A stretch of DNA of 64,000 bases from the IMG/VR virus record IMGVR_UViG_651703056_000001, positions 1 through 64,000 of that record, one strand, 5' to 3'. The stretch is from a virus. Lineage: Duplodnaviria > Caudoviricetes. Each line of letters starts with the position of its first letter. Position 1 is the stretch's first letter. Under the pieces are notes generated by a model. The model did no database searches. It saw only the letters and a program-made list of their open reading frames with translations, and had not been told where the DNA came from. The position numbers were made by a program, and so were the translations under genes. Positions 1 to 9,847 of this stretch are shown here, one piece after another.

Positions 1-147
1 ACAGTTTTTTGCGTGTTATGGATATTTTTCCGTGGCACGCTTTTTTTTGTATTATAATAGTAAGATAAATGTAAACTGAAAAGTATTGAACTCTCAGAGA
101 CATTGTGGTATAATAGTTATATAACAATTGAATGAGAGGAGATAAAT

Positions 148-1167
148 ATGAACGTAGTAGAAGCAAATGTATTATCTATTGTACCACAACCTGATTATGA
201 AGTATATAATGCTATTCAATCATTTTTAGAGTCAGCAGGGGTTGAATCAAATAATACAAAAGTAACTTATGAGACAGCAATTAAAGACTTTTTTAAAGTA
301 ACACGTTCTAAGAGCTTATATGAGCTTTCTAGGAACGATTTAATCTTTTCTTATATAGATGTAGAGAAGTATCGAAACGGACTCATAGGAACGCTTAAAA
401 ACGCATCTATCAACATTAAGATGATTGCAATTAAAAAGCTATTCGATAAACTTGTTAAATATGAAATAGTGAAAGACAGCAAACCTTTCGAAATGCACAA
501 GCTAAAAGAACATGATATTAAAAGTTATGACTCAATGTCAATTGAAGAAGTGCGTAAATGTATAGAGGTCGTAGAAGACTCTAAAAACGGTTTTGAGAAA
601 GGTTTACTTATTCGTTTAGCATTTGTCACAGGATTCCGTAAACACGCTCTAATGACCCTTAAATTCGCAAATATAACTACTCTGAATGGACAAAATGTTA
701 TTAGGGTTTTAGATAAAGGAAATAAATGGTCTACTAAGAAACTTGACGATGAACTTTATGAAGAAATTATGCAATACAAAGAAGTAGTTAATCGTGATAA
801 TATCTTCAATTTATCGAATACAACTGTTCAACGTATGATGAAATTGATTAATAATAAAGTTGATTTCGGTGATAGATATATTACTTTCCACAGTTTTAAA
901 AAAGCAAGTATTGAAGAAGTAGCGATTCAGACGAATTACGATATCAAAGCAATGCAATATCAAGGTAATCATGCTGATGTAACAACTACGTTAAATGTAT
1001 ACTTAGCTAAAAAGACAATGGATAATATGCCTACTATATCATTAACAAGTAATGAACCTGATTTGTCTGCTTTAAAAGATTTGACAAAAGATGATTTATA
1101 TGATATTATTAGTAAGCTAGACCGTCAAACACAAATTCAAGTACTTGAATTAGCAAACAAGAAATAG
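148..1167 (+). CDS. Tyrosine recombinase (XerC/D / phage integrase family)
   Basis: Catalytic Arg in 'FVTGFRKHAL', H-x-x-(R->K) in 'FHSFKK', 'GNH...TTLNVY' His/Tyr nucleophile; N-terminal core-binding helices. Confidence 0.85.
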   Translation: MNVVEANVLSIVPQPDYEVYNAIQSFLESAGVESNNTKVTYETAIKDFFKVTRSKSLYELSRNDLIFSYIDVEKYRNGLIGTLKNASINIKMIAIKKLFDKLVKYEIVKDSKPFEMHKLKEHDIKSYDSMSIEEVRKCIEVVEDSKNGFEKGLLIRLAFVTGFRKHALMTLKFANITTLNGQNVIRVLDKGNKWSTKKLDDELYEEIMQYKEVVNRDNIFNLSNTTVQRMMKLINNKVDFGDRYITFHSFKKASIEEVAIQTNYDIKAMQYQGNHADVTTTLNVYLAKKTMDNMPTISLTSNEPDLSALKDLTKDDLYDIISKLDRQTQIQVLELANKK

Positions 1168-1175
1168 AGGTAAAA

Positions 1176-3500
1176 ATGGTAAGCCTAAGAAACAATGAAC
1201 TATCAGTCACAGTGATACCAAAACGAGTTATCTTCCAAACGATTAATGAAGAAGATGAAAGCTCATTCTCGGTATTAGCTTGTAACGTAGTAGAAAAAGG
1301 TGTAGTTAAATTAAATAAATATGGAAATATCACAATTACTGGGGATAATCTTATTGATTTGAAGATTGATGTACCAACCCCAGCATACTTGAGTCCGTCA
1401 ACGAACTCTAAATATCCAGATGGATATACTGCACGTATTCCAGTAGATGACATTCCAGAAACAGCAAAAGGTCAATGGGATTTCCTTCGTTCAGTCTTAG
1501 GAGTCACTACAACTGAGAATTTCGCAAAAACCTACAATGATGATGTTAAAATTATTGACTTTTTATTTGATGAATTAAATCGAAATGAAATTATCGAGAA
1601 TGTTAAAGGTGTTGGAGAAAAAACTTATGAATCATTCATCAAACAGCTTAAAAGTAAATCAGAATATGCTAAGACTTATGCTTTTCTTTCTGATTATGGA
1701 ATGACAGATTCATTAATCTTAAAAATCTATCGTAAACACAGTGTCTTTAAAGTAATTAAGAATATTGTAGAAAAAGACATTTTCAGATTGACGGAGATTA
1801 ACGGCATTGGTTTTAAACGTATTGATGAAATCTATCTTAAACAAGAAGGTTCTAAAAAAGAAGATGAAAAACGTATAGTTAGTGGACTTGAATATTACAT
1901 TTCAGAAAATCAAGAAAATGGAAATACACGTATCGAAAAACGCAAACTTGAGCAAGGAAGCCAAACCCTTTTAGATATAAACATTGATTATATTCGTAGA
2001 ATGGTTAAACTTAAAACTTTTCATATCCGCACGGACAATATATTCGATGTTATGAGACGTGCACAAGAAGATGAAACATTATTTAGGGGTAAGATTATTG
2101 AGTTTCAAGGAAAATATTCTACTGCTAGTACGTTTACAACAGAGTGGAATGTGTTCAGAGAATTAACTAGTCGCTCACGTAAAAAACCAGAAATTGCTGT
2201 TGCAGATATGGATTCAATCATCAAGAGATTTGGTGACAAGTCAGGATTCTATCTTAGTGAAGAACAAAGTAATTTCTTCCGAAACATGTTCAACTCTGAA
2301 ATTAGCTTCCTTTTAGGCTCATCTGGTTCTGGTAAATCTAGTGCTCAGGCAGTATTGCTTGAGTATACAAAAGAGACAAATCAGTCAGTCTTATTCTTAG
2401 CTCCAACAGGTATGGCTCGTAAACGTATCACAGAAGTAACTGGTAACGTTGCCTATACTATCCACTCATTTATCCGCAGTAAGAAATTAAGCAAGCAAAG
2501 TTTCGACATTTACTTGATTGATGAAGCGTCAATGATTGATGTTGAATTAGCTGAAAAACTTCTTAAGACAATTCCAATGGGTAAGAAAATTATCTTTGTG
2601 GGAGATGGCTCACAGATTCCCTCAGTATCATTTGGGAACTTCCTTTATGATTGTACAAATAATTCTGTTATTAAAATTGATAGATTTACTAAAGTTTTCC
2701 GTCAAAGTGAAGGCGGTATCTTGGATATTGTAACTAAGATTCGTCAAGGTGAACAGTTTCTCCCAAGCACATTCAACTCTCGTAAAGTTTTCGGTAATAA
2801 CTGTGTTTTCGATATGTCATTGACTCGTAATGAACAACCAATTGATAAAGTTCTTACCGCATATAAGAATACTATCAAAACTGGTAAATATACAGCAGAT
2901 GACATCGTAGTTCTTAGTCCAACCAAAAAAGGTAAAAACGGAACAGTTGCTATAAATAACAGCATTCAATCATTTATTAATCCTCGTAAATCATTTCATG
3001 AGTTCAGTTCAGCAACAGATGGAACAGACGTTGTATTTCGTGCAGGCGATAGAATCCTTAATAAGAAAAACCGTAAAGATGTACCTGTATATTATCAAGC
3101 AGAAAGTGGAATATACACCTATAGCAACAAAAAGGTAGATATTGTAAATGGAGATATCGGACATATTGTAGCCTTTGAAGATAAATCTGTCTATGCTAAA
3201 TTCGATGACTTAATCCTTCTTTTTAGTACTACAGACTTTAACAATCAATCACTCATTCATGGATGGGCGATTACAGGTCATAAATCTCAAGGTTCTGAGT
3301 TCAAGGTGGTTATCTGTCTGTTTGAGCGTAGTTCTAAATTCCAAATGAATGGAAACCTCCTCTACACTATGACAAGTCGTGCAAAAGAACTTTTGCTTGT
3401 ATTAGGCGATATCTCAACAATTAATTCATCGTTAAAGAAATTCGAGAATACAAGTCGTGAGACTAATCTTCTTGACTTCTTCAATTTAAAAAATAAGTAA
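1176..3500 (+). CDS. recD2: RecD2-like SF1B helicase
   Basis: HhH motifs (KGVGEK, NGIGFKRID), Walker A GSSGSGKS, LAPTG, IDEASM, VGDxxQIPSV, FRQ, AITGHKSQGSEF, LYTxxSRAK. Confidence 0.9.
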   Translation: MVSLRNNELSVTVIPKRVIFQTINEEDESSFSVLACNVVEKGVVKLNKYGNITITGDNLIDLKIDVPTPAYLSPSTNSKYPDGYTARIPVDDIPETAKGQWDFLRSVLGVTTTENFAKTYNDDVKIIDFLFDELNRNEIIENVKGVGEKTYESFIKQLKSKSEYAKTYAFLSDYGMTDSLILKIYRKHSVFKVIKNIVEKDIFRLTEINGIGFKRIDEIYLKQEGSKKEDEKRIVSGLEYYISENQENGNTRIEKRKLEQGSQTLLDINIDYIRRMVKLKTFHIRTDNIFDVMRRAQEDETLFRGKIIEFQGKYSTASTFTTEWNVFRELTSRSRKKPEIAVADMDSIIKRFGDKSGFYLSEEQSNFFRNMFNSEISFLLGSSGSGKSSAQAVLLEYTKETNQSVLFLAPTGMARKRITEVTGNVAYTIHSFIRSKKLSKQSFDIYLIDEASMIDVELAEKLLKTIPMGKKIIFVGDGSQIPSVSFGNFLYDCTNNSVIKIDRFTKVFRQSEGGILDIVTKIRQGEQFLPSTFNSRKVFGNNCVFDMSLTRNEQPIDKVLTAYKNTIKTGKYTADDIVVLSPTKKGKNGTVAINNSIQSFINPRKSFHEFSSATDGTDVVFRAGDRILNKKNRKDVPVYYQAESGIYTYSNKKVDIVNGDIGHIVAFEDKSVYAKFDDLILLFSTTDFNNQSLIHGWAITGHKSQGSEFKVVICLFERSSKFQMNGNLLYTMTSRAKELLLVLGDISTINSSLKKFENTSRETNLLDFFNLKNK

Positions 3501-3592
3501 TATTATTGTAAGAGAAATGACATAACATTGTATTTGACATTTCTCTCTTATTATGGTATAATATATAAATACCGTAAAGAAAAGGAGAAAAA

Positions 3593-4207
3593 ATGATAAA
3601 CATTATTGCGGAAGACTTCAATAACTTCATCAAAGAAAACAATATCAAAATCAATACTATGCAAGATATGATTAACGCTATTGAATACTTTGAAAACTAT
3701 GACGAGATTGAAGCTCTTGAAAAACATAACGAATTTTTTGATGAGGTTCAACTAGAGTCCGTACACCCTACGTCTTTATCTTCTGATGAAGCTGTAAATC
3801 TTTCTAAGAAAGAAGTGTGTGACCTTCTCGGACAACTCAAAAAAGCAGAGACTAGAGAAGACAGAAATGAAATTATTTTCCTTATGGCAAATGAAATCAA
3901 CTCTGCATATAAACATCTCTCATTATTTTATTCTAATGAAAAATTTTTAACCAACATATATGATTTCAAAAACCATATCAAAGAGAGTCTCTACGCTCTT
4001 GGTTTTAAATATGATTTAGATAAAATCGTAAACAATGTAATTGTAAATTCATTCGAGCAAGGTAACTCGTTCATGGTTACATTCAATACAGATAATGTCC
4101 TCATTGTTTATAACTCAGTTGATAACTCAGGTGAGGTGTTAAAACTAGATACAATGCAGGATATCGCAGTCTTCACAAAAGTCATTAGTGACTTAATTAA
4201 AGAATGA
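3593..4207 (+). CDS. Hypothetical protein
   Basis: ORF with GGAG RBS and upstream TTGACA/TATAAT promoter. Confidence 0.7.
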   Translation: MINIIAEDFNNFIKENNIKINTMQDMINAIEYFENYDEIEALEKHNEFFDEVQLESVHPTSLSSDEAVNLSKKEVCDLLGQLKKAETREDRNEIIFLMANEINSAYKHLSLFYSNEKFLTNIYDFKNHIKESLYALGFKYDLDKIVNNVIVNSFEQGNSFMVTFNTDNVLIVYNSVDNSGEVLKLDTMQDIAVFTKVISDLIKE

Positions 4208-4263
4208 AGAAAAGCAAATAACTAGAGTGTGAATTAATTCACACCGAAAGGAAAACTTATACA

Positions 4264-4959
4264 ATGAAAAAATCAACTATCTTAACTGTCGCAACAGCAA
4301 CTATTTTGACACTCGGTGCTACACTTCCAACATATGCTAAAGCAGAGGAAGTTAAAGAAGGAAACACTACTTTTTATGTGGTAGAGTCTGGTGATACTCT
4401 ATCTAAAATTTCTGAAAAATATGGTGTTCACTTTTCAGTAACACACGCAAACAATGCAGACCAAATCTCTAATGCAGATTTAATCTTTGCAGGTCAAAAA
4501 CTTATTGTAGATGGCGAAGGGTTCGATAAAACAAAAGCTACAGTAGCTCTTAAAGAAGATACAGCAGAAGCTGAAAGTACACCTGTAGCATATAAAGAAG
4601 AGACCGTTGTAGATTCAGCTCCAGAATCAGCACCAGTCCAAGAAGCACCACATGCTCAAGCTCCAGCTCCAGCTTCTACTGGTGGAATTGACCTTAATCA
4701 AACATCAGGTTCAGTTGACATCAACGCCTTAGCTAACTACTTAGCTGGTGCAGGAATGTCTGCTGGATATTCAGCAAGTGAATGGGCTTATATCATTCAA
4801 CGTGAATCAAATGGTGAAGTAACAGCAACTAATTCTTCATCAGGTGCTTACGGTGCTTTACAACTGCTTGGTCATGGTGAGTACGCAGGTATGACACTCG
4901 GTGAACAAATTAATATGGCTCGTGGATTGCCAGCAGGTTCATGGGTAGTTTACCCATAA
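4264..4959 (+). CDS. Secreted LysM-domain protein with C-terminal lysozyme/transglycosylase-like domain
   Basis: Signal peptide, LysM 'YVVESGDTLSKIS...LIFAGQKL', Ala/Pro linker, 'WAYIIQRESNG...NSSSGAYGALQ'. Confidence 0.85.
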   Translation: MKKSTILTVATATILTLGATLPTYAKAEEVKEGNTTFYVVESGDTLSKISEKYGVHFSVTHANNADQISNADLIFAGQKLIVDGEGFDKTKATVALKEDTAEAESTPVAYKEETVVDSAPESAPVQEAPHAQAPAPASTGGIDLNQTSGSVDINALANYLAGAGMSAGYSASEWAYIIQRESNGEVTATNSSSGAYGALQLLGHGEYAGMTLGEQINMARGLPAGSWVVYP

Positions 4960-4970
4960 GAAAGAAAATT

Positions 4971-5000
4971 AAAAGAGGAGAGTAAATCTTCTCTTTTTTT
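4971..5000 (+). terminator. Intrinsic terminator
   Basis: AAAAGAGGAG...CTTCTCTTTT hairpin followed by T-tract. Confidence 0.7.
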
Positions 5001-5015
5001 GTATACACTCGATAC

Positions 5016-5044
5016 TTGACAAATTGAATATAATATGATATAAT
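5016..5044 (+). promoter_or_regulatory. Consensus sigma-A promoter (representative of many in the window)
   Basis: TTGACA-17 nt-TATAAT with extended TG. Confidence 0.85.
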
Positions 5045-5082
5045 TATATGTATATAGAATATTAATTAGAAAGGAGATTTAA

Positions 5083-5466
5083 TTGGAAGAACAAGTATTA
5101 GGAATATCATTAATCTCAGAAGTAGATGGAAAACGTGAACCATATTTTGTAGGAAATTTCATTGAAACAATGTTTGGTGTTCCATTAAACACATTAATCG
5201 AAAACATTGATGTTTCAGAGAACGAATCTGATAAACTTTATGATGTAGTATTTACTTTCTTAAATAATACTGAGCTAGAGTTTTCACTTCTTAAAAATCA
5301 ACTAGCAATATGGCATACTGACGAGCCAGATGTCTATAATAAGTTTAAAAAAGAATCAGAACTTAGTTCAGAAGCGTATCTTGATAGTTTAGAAGAACAA
5401 GAAGAAGAATTGAAGAAAATTAACGAAGAAAAAGCTAGACGTAGCTTGAAACCTAATGGTATCTAA
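5083..5466 (+). CDS. Hypothetical protein
   Basis: TTG start after AAGGAG RBS. Confidence 0.65.
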   Translation: MEEQVLGISLISEVDGKREPYFVGNFIETMFGVPLNTLIENIDVSENESDKLYDVVFTFLNNTELEFSLLKNQLAIWHTDEPDVYNKFKKESELSSEAYLDSLEEQEEELKKINEEKARRSLKPNGI

Positions 5467-5481
5467 GGGGAATATAACAAA

Positions 5482-5829
5482 ATGAATGAGGCACAAAAAC
5501 ACGAAAAAATAATTGAAGAAATTCATGACATGTTTGTGAAGAAAAACGCAGACTATGGTAATTCATTCGAAAAGAATTTGGATGAGTGGGGCTTGATTGT
5601 TTCGGCAATGAGAACCCAAGAGAAACTTGACCGTGTAAAAACTTCGCTTAAGCATGAGCTTAAAGTAAAAGACGAGTCAGTAGAGGATTCATTCCTCGAT
5701 ATTGCTAACTACGCTATTATGACAGTAATGTGGTTGCGAAAAGAAAAAGAAAAGAAAGAAGAATCAATGACTTACGAAAAATATGAAGAAAATCTAATCA
5801 AAGAAGTAGCGAGAGGAATCCAGTTTTAA
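5482..5829 (+). CDS. DUF1599 / nucleotide-modification-associated domain 1 protein
   Basis: 'KKNADYGNSF...R..EKL.R...DESVEDSFLDIANYAIM' signature. Confidence 0.8.
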   Translation: MNEAQKHEKIIEEIHDMFVKKNADYGNSFEKNLDEWGLIVSAMRTQEKLDRVKTSLKHELKVKDESVEDSFLDIANYAIMTVMWLRKEKEKKEESMTYEKYEENLIKEVARGIQF

Positions 5830-5851
5830 GTAAGTCATTCAGGAAGTATAA

Positions 5852-6187
5852 ATGAATAAATACGATGGAGATTTTAGTCATGTAGGAGTGACGCAGTTAA
5901 TTGAGTACGAAGATGAGTTGAATTGTGATATTGATTTGTATAACGAAAGCATTGTTCGTTTGCAGTTAAGTTATCAACGAGGAGAAAAACCACTCAAAGA
6001 ATATCTGAGTGAGTTTGAAATACTCAATGATAAGATTGAACAACTACGTGAATATCGAAACAACTTAACTTTAATTATCAATTCTCGAATCAAAGAATTT
6101 GACAATGACAATATCTTTGAATTAGACAATGAGGACTTTGTGGAGAAGTTCTACAAAGAAATGAAAAATGGAGGTTATGAAATTTGA
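5852..6187 (+). CDS. Hypothetical protein
   Basis: ORF in tightly packed operon. Confidence 0.6.
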   Translation: MNKYDGDFSHVGVTQLIEYEDELNCDIDLYNESIVRLQLSYQRGEKPLKEYLSEFEILNDKIEQLREYRNNLTLIINSRIKEFDNDNIFELDNEDFVEKFYKEMKNGGYEI

Positions 6188-6408
6188 TTGATTATGAAAC
6201 AAGAGATAAATTTAAAAAAGAATTGTCTGAGAAAACAAATGAAGAATTGTTAGGTCTCATTAGAGAATTTACAAAAAAGTCTCGTGAATTACTAACTTCT
6301 CTAGCGAGATATGAAACGAGTGATGATTACACAATTATTAAACAGATTATTGATAATGAATATTATCGAACTACAACAATAGATTATTTAGTTGGAGGTG
6401 CTATTTAA
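6184..6408 (+). CDS. Hypothetical protein
   Basis: Overlapping start/stop, GGAGG RBS. Confidence 0.6.
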   Translation: MIDYETRDKFKKELSEKTNEELLGLIREFTKKSRELLTSLARYETSDDYTIIKQIIDNEYYRTTTIDYLVGGAI

Positions 6409-6665
6409 TGTTGGTAAAAACTTTAAAAGTTATTAATCACTATGAGAGTGGCTTTTTAGATAAATCATCTAAAATAACCGTAGAAATATTTGATGTAGAC
6501 CGTAATGTAAAGATTATAGAGGGTGACATTGCTCGTGACAACATGAACGAAGTTCTTAAAGGGATTAAAATAGGGATTAATATGGCAGGATATCAAGTTA
6601 CAGTTTTGCCAATTGAAGAATATGATGATTTGACAAAAGCAGTTCGTAAAGTAAAGCAGACTTAG
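6408..6665 (+). CDS. Hypothetical protein
   Basis: TAATG coupling, GGAGG RBS. Confidence 0.6.
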   Translation: MLVKTLKVINHYESGFLDKSSKITVEIFDVDRNVKIIEGDIARDNMNEVLKGIKIGINMAGYQVTVLPIEEYDDLTKAVRKVKQT

Positions 6666-6674
6666 AGGTTTAAA

Positions 6675-7014
6675 ATGATTAAAAAAAATAACCCAAACTT
6701 TCGAGGTAAGAGGTGAAATAATCACTATTAAAGAATTTGCTAAATTTGATGATTCAGGCAATTTAATATATGATAAGGTTCTTGATGATATCGCAATGAA
6801 TAAGATATACGAAATATATCGAGAGAGAATGGGTTACTATAGTTTAGGAACAATACGTCAGTTAATCTTCTATTACGCAGGTGGATATGAGAAAGCATCT
6901 GAGATATCAGGATTATCTAAATTAAGTCTTAAATTACTTTGCAACGGAAGTCTTGCAACACAATATGAAGAGGATAGATTAGAGCTTATAGTTAAAGCAG
7001 GTCTTGTATTATAA
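6675..7014 (+). pseudogene. MqsA-like antitoxin/HTH protein, frameshifted in A8 run (6681-6688)
   Basis: Removing one A joins ATG 6675 to ORF 6796..7014: MIKKITQTFEVRGEIITI...GNLIYDKVLDD...IYEIYRERMG...HTH-like C-terminus. Confidence 0.55.
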
Positions 7015-7088
7015 ACTTAGAAATCAATCACGGAACATATACATTGGCGGTAATAATACTTATCAAGAAGTAAGAGAGGAAAGCCAAA

Positions 7089-7685
7089 GTGGCTAAATTA
7101 TTTTTTAAATATGGAACAATGAAATCAGGTAAATCAACACACTTATTGATGACCAAACACAACTATACAAGTCAGAACAAAAGAGTATTAGTATATACAA
7201 GCAATAAAGATACAAGGTGGGGAAGTGAAAAAGTGATTTCACGAATTGGAATCAATAGTTTTGCATTACCTGTGACAGATGAAATTTTTAATGAGATTAA
7301 AGAGGAACACTTTAAAAAGCACATCGCTTGTGTTTTGGTAGATGAAGCTCAATTTCTTTCTGCTGAACAAATTGTCGCTCTTTGTTCAGTTGTAGATAAT
7401 CTAGGAATACCTGTGATATGCTATGGATTGAAAAACGATTTTAGAAATGCTCTCTTCGAAGGCTCTAAAACTCTACTAGAGCTTGCAGATGAAATTGAAT
7501 TAATCAAGACTGTCTGCGAACATCACACATGCGGTAAAAAGGCAACAATGAATTTACGATTAGTAGATGGCAAACCAATTTATAAAGGTGAGCAGTTTCA
7601 ACTAGGCGATGAGGATTATGTCCCAGTCTGTAGGAAGCATTATTATAATTATGAGGAGAATGAAGATGGTAGATATTCTGGCTGA
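7089..7685 (+). CDS. tdk: Thymidine kinase
   Basis: GTMKSGKS P-loop, VDEAQFL, YGLKNDF..LFEGS, C-terminal Zn-binding Cys, YVPVCRKHY. Confidence 0.95.
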   Translation: MAKLFFKYGTMKSGKSTHLLMTKHNYTSQNKRVLVYTSNKDTRWGSEKVISRIGINSFALPVTDEIFNEIKEEHFKKHIACVLVDEAQFLSAEQIVALCSVVDNLGIPVICYGLKNDFRNALFEGSKTLLELADEIELIKTVCEHHTCGKKATMNLRLVDGKPIYKGEQFQLGDEDYVPVCRKHYYNYEENEDGRYSG

Positions 7686-8010
7686 TTTAGTTCCTCTATA
7701 TGGAGTAATTCTTATTATTGCCATATGGTGTTTCGGAAGTCATTTAATTAGTAAACAGTATTCTAAAGATTTAAAATCATTAGAATTACATGATAAAATG
7801 AAAATTAAATTAGGGGAAGAATTAAATGTTCCAAAAGAAGAGGTTCTTGAAATATGGTTCGATAGAAGTCTCAGAGATGTAAAAGGAGTATATGTAATTG
7901 ATAATAAAATGTTTAGCGATTACATCTTTATTGTGAAATATACAACTAAAGAAGATAGTTACGAAATTGAAACTTTTAAGAAAGCTCAAAAAGAAGTAAC
8001 AGATTTTTAA
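7666..8010 (+). CDS. Hypothetical membrane-anchored protein
   Basis: N-terminal hydrophobic helix; GAGGAG RBS. Confidence 0.6.
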   Translation: MVDILADLVPLYGVILIIAIWCFGSHLISKQYSKDLKSLELHDKMKIKLGEELNVPKEEVLEIWFDRSLRDVKGVYVIDNKMFSDYIFIVKYTTKEDSYEIETFKKAQKEVTDF

Positions 8011-8135
8011 GGAGTCTAACGATTCCTTTTTTATTTGTTAAGAGATTGTAATAATATATTCATTGACAAATAAGCGTGGTTATGTTATAATATATAATAT
8101 AGATAAAACATAAGTCAACATAAGGAGGTAATTAA

Positions 8136-8369
8136 ATGTTTTGGATTTTAGCTATAATGATAATATTAATGTTTTATCGTCCTAAAGAGATGATACTAAT
8201 TTTGTTCGCTTTTGCATTTTTTGGATTTGGGTATTGGATATTTAGTTTTATATCATCAGAACCAGTATTTACTTTTTCAATCTCTATATTTGTAATTTGG
8301 ATTCTATCTTTATCACTAGGATTGATAAATAAAACAACAGGGGAGGATGAAAATGAAGATGACACCTAA
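8136..8369 (+). CDS. Small membrane protein
   Basis: Highly hydrophobic; own promoter and AGGAGG RBS. Confidence 0.65.
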   Translation: MFWILAIMIILMFYRPKEMILILFAFAFFGFGYWIFSFISSEPVFTFSISIFVIWILSLSLGLINKTTGEDENEDDT

Positions 8370-8598
8370 AGAAGAATATTTATTAAATTGCTTAAGGCAT
8401 ATTACTGAGACATCTTCTGAGTCGGATATTGCAGACTTTGCAGACCAAGTTATTTATATTTCTGGGTCATTCCCAGAAGAAAAAAGTATTGTAGAGGAAT
8501 ACACAGAATTAGTCAATGAACTGTGGGAATGTTATCGTAGTGAAGAACCACCATCATATAACCTATACGAAAGATTTGAGGACTTAAATATAAAATGA
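8347..8598 (+). CDS. Hypothetical protein
   Basis: ORF, RBS. Confidence 0.6.
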   Translation: MKMKMTPKEEYLLNCLRHITETSSESDIADFADQVIYISGSFPEEKSIVEEYTELVNELWECYRSEEPPSYNLYERFEDLNIK

Positions 8599-9047
8599 AA
8601 AATTCAGAAAATGTTATTAATGAAATTCTTAATGAATCGACGTTGCAGTATGTTCCAGTATGCGTAGCAGACTTCATTGACAGATATCCTGATATTGAAG
8701 ACACATCAATGCTTTATATTTACAAAGATTTTGTTGAGAGTGACGCTTGGCATGAGTTTTGTTTAATTGAAGACTCATTAGAAAAATATGGTCGCTGGGA
8801 TGATATGCTTTATAAGGCAATTCGTTTTGGATATGTAATGGATATTAAAGAACCTCTTTGTTATCTCCGAAACACAGTTGCTTATAAAGAGATTGAAGGT
8901 AATGAAGTTGTTGACTACAAAGATTTATACTTAGCATCCGACGGAACTCTTGTATCTAATAAACTTTTTGCAAAGAAATTTAAAATGGAAGAGGTTGAAG
9001 AGGTTGAGAGTGGAGTCTATGAATTAGAATTTATCGAGGAAAAATAA
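8595..9047 (+). CDS. Hypothetical protein, DUF1642-like
   Basis: 'VPVCVADFI...AIRFGY' pattern. Confidence 0.5.
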   Translation: MKNSENVINEILNESTLQYVPVCVADFIDRYPDIEDTSMLYIYKDFVESDAWHEFCLIEDSLEKYGRWDDMLYKAIRFGYVMDIKEPLCYLRNTVAYKEIEGNEVVDYKDLYLASDGTLVSNKLFAKKFKMEEVEEVESGVYELEFIEEK

Positions 9048-9272
9048 ATGAGAACATATAAAGGATTTATACAAAGACTTGACAAAGTAACTAGTATTGT
9101 GAGAGAAACTGTCGGAGACAAAGAAAAAAGCGAATTAACAAAAGAAGAATTGCTCGTTGTAGTTAAGTGTTGTGAATATATAGCTCATAGTTATTATAAA
9201 ATGGCGATTATCAATAGCTTCCAGCAAGCTGGTGCTGGATTCTTAATAAATGACCCTAGGAGAAAAAAATAG
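9048..9272 (+). CDS. Hypothetical protein
   Basis: ORF adjacent to previous stop. Confidence 0.55.
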   Translation: MRTYKGFIQRLDKVTSIVRETVGDKEKSELTKEELLVVVKCCEYIAHSYYKMAIINSFQQAGAGFLINDPRRKK

Positions 9273-9483
9273 TATGTATTTAGTAATGATTGAAACATAC
9301 AAAGATGAGGAAAATGTTCCCTACTATGAAACTCGTAGTGTAAAAGGAGACCAAAATATCTTAAAAGAATTACGTTCCATTAGAGATATAGAAGGATACT
9401 CACAAGAAAGAATTAAAACATTTATTAAGAAACTAGATGAAGATGGTCTAGTATCATGGGAGGAAATAGAATATGGATTTTAA
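9250..9483 (+). CDS. Hypothetical protein
   Basis: ORF; exact start uncertain. Confidence 0.5.
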   Translation: MTLGEKNSMYLVMIETYKDEENVPYYETRSVKGDQNILKELRSIRDIEGYSQERIKTFIKKLDEDGLVSWEEIEYGF

Positions 9484-9562
9484 TGACGTTTTAACTTTAG
9501 CAGTTTTAATTGCAGGACTACTTATTAATAAATGGATAAATAAAAAATATGGAGATGATTAA

Positions 9563-9724
9563 ATGAAAGTTAAAGAATTAATCAAAGAACTAGAAAAATT
9601 TGATGAAGACATGGAAGTTCAATATGATTATGACGGACGGTTCAGTACCATGCCTATTGATGATGTGTATACTTCTAATGAATATTATGATGAAGATAGA
9701 AAAGAAGTAGTAGTTTTATATTAA
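9563..9724 (+). CDS. Small protein MKVKELIKELEKFDEDMEV... (53 aa)
   Basis: Read manually; GGAG RBS; paralog of 10709..10867. Confidence 0.65.
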   Translation: MKVKELIKELEKFDEDMEVQYDYDGRFSTMPIDDVYTSNEYYDEDRKEVVVLY

Positions 9725-9847
9725 AAGAATGAAAGGTTTATGCTTGACAAATATATAAAAAATATGATAAAATAGAATTATAGAAATTAAGGAGAAAAAT
9801 TATGAAAGAAACAGTAGCAGTTATTTTAATTTGGGTTGGAGCAGTAG

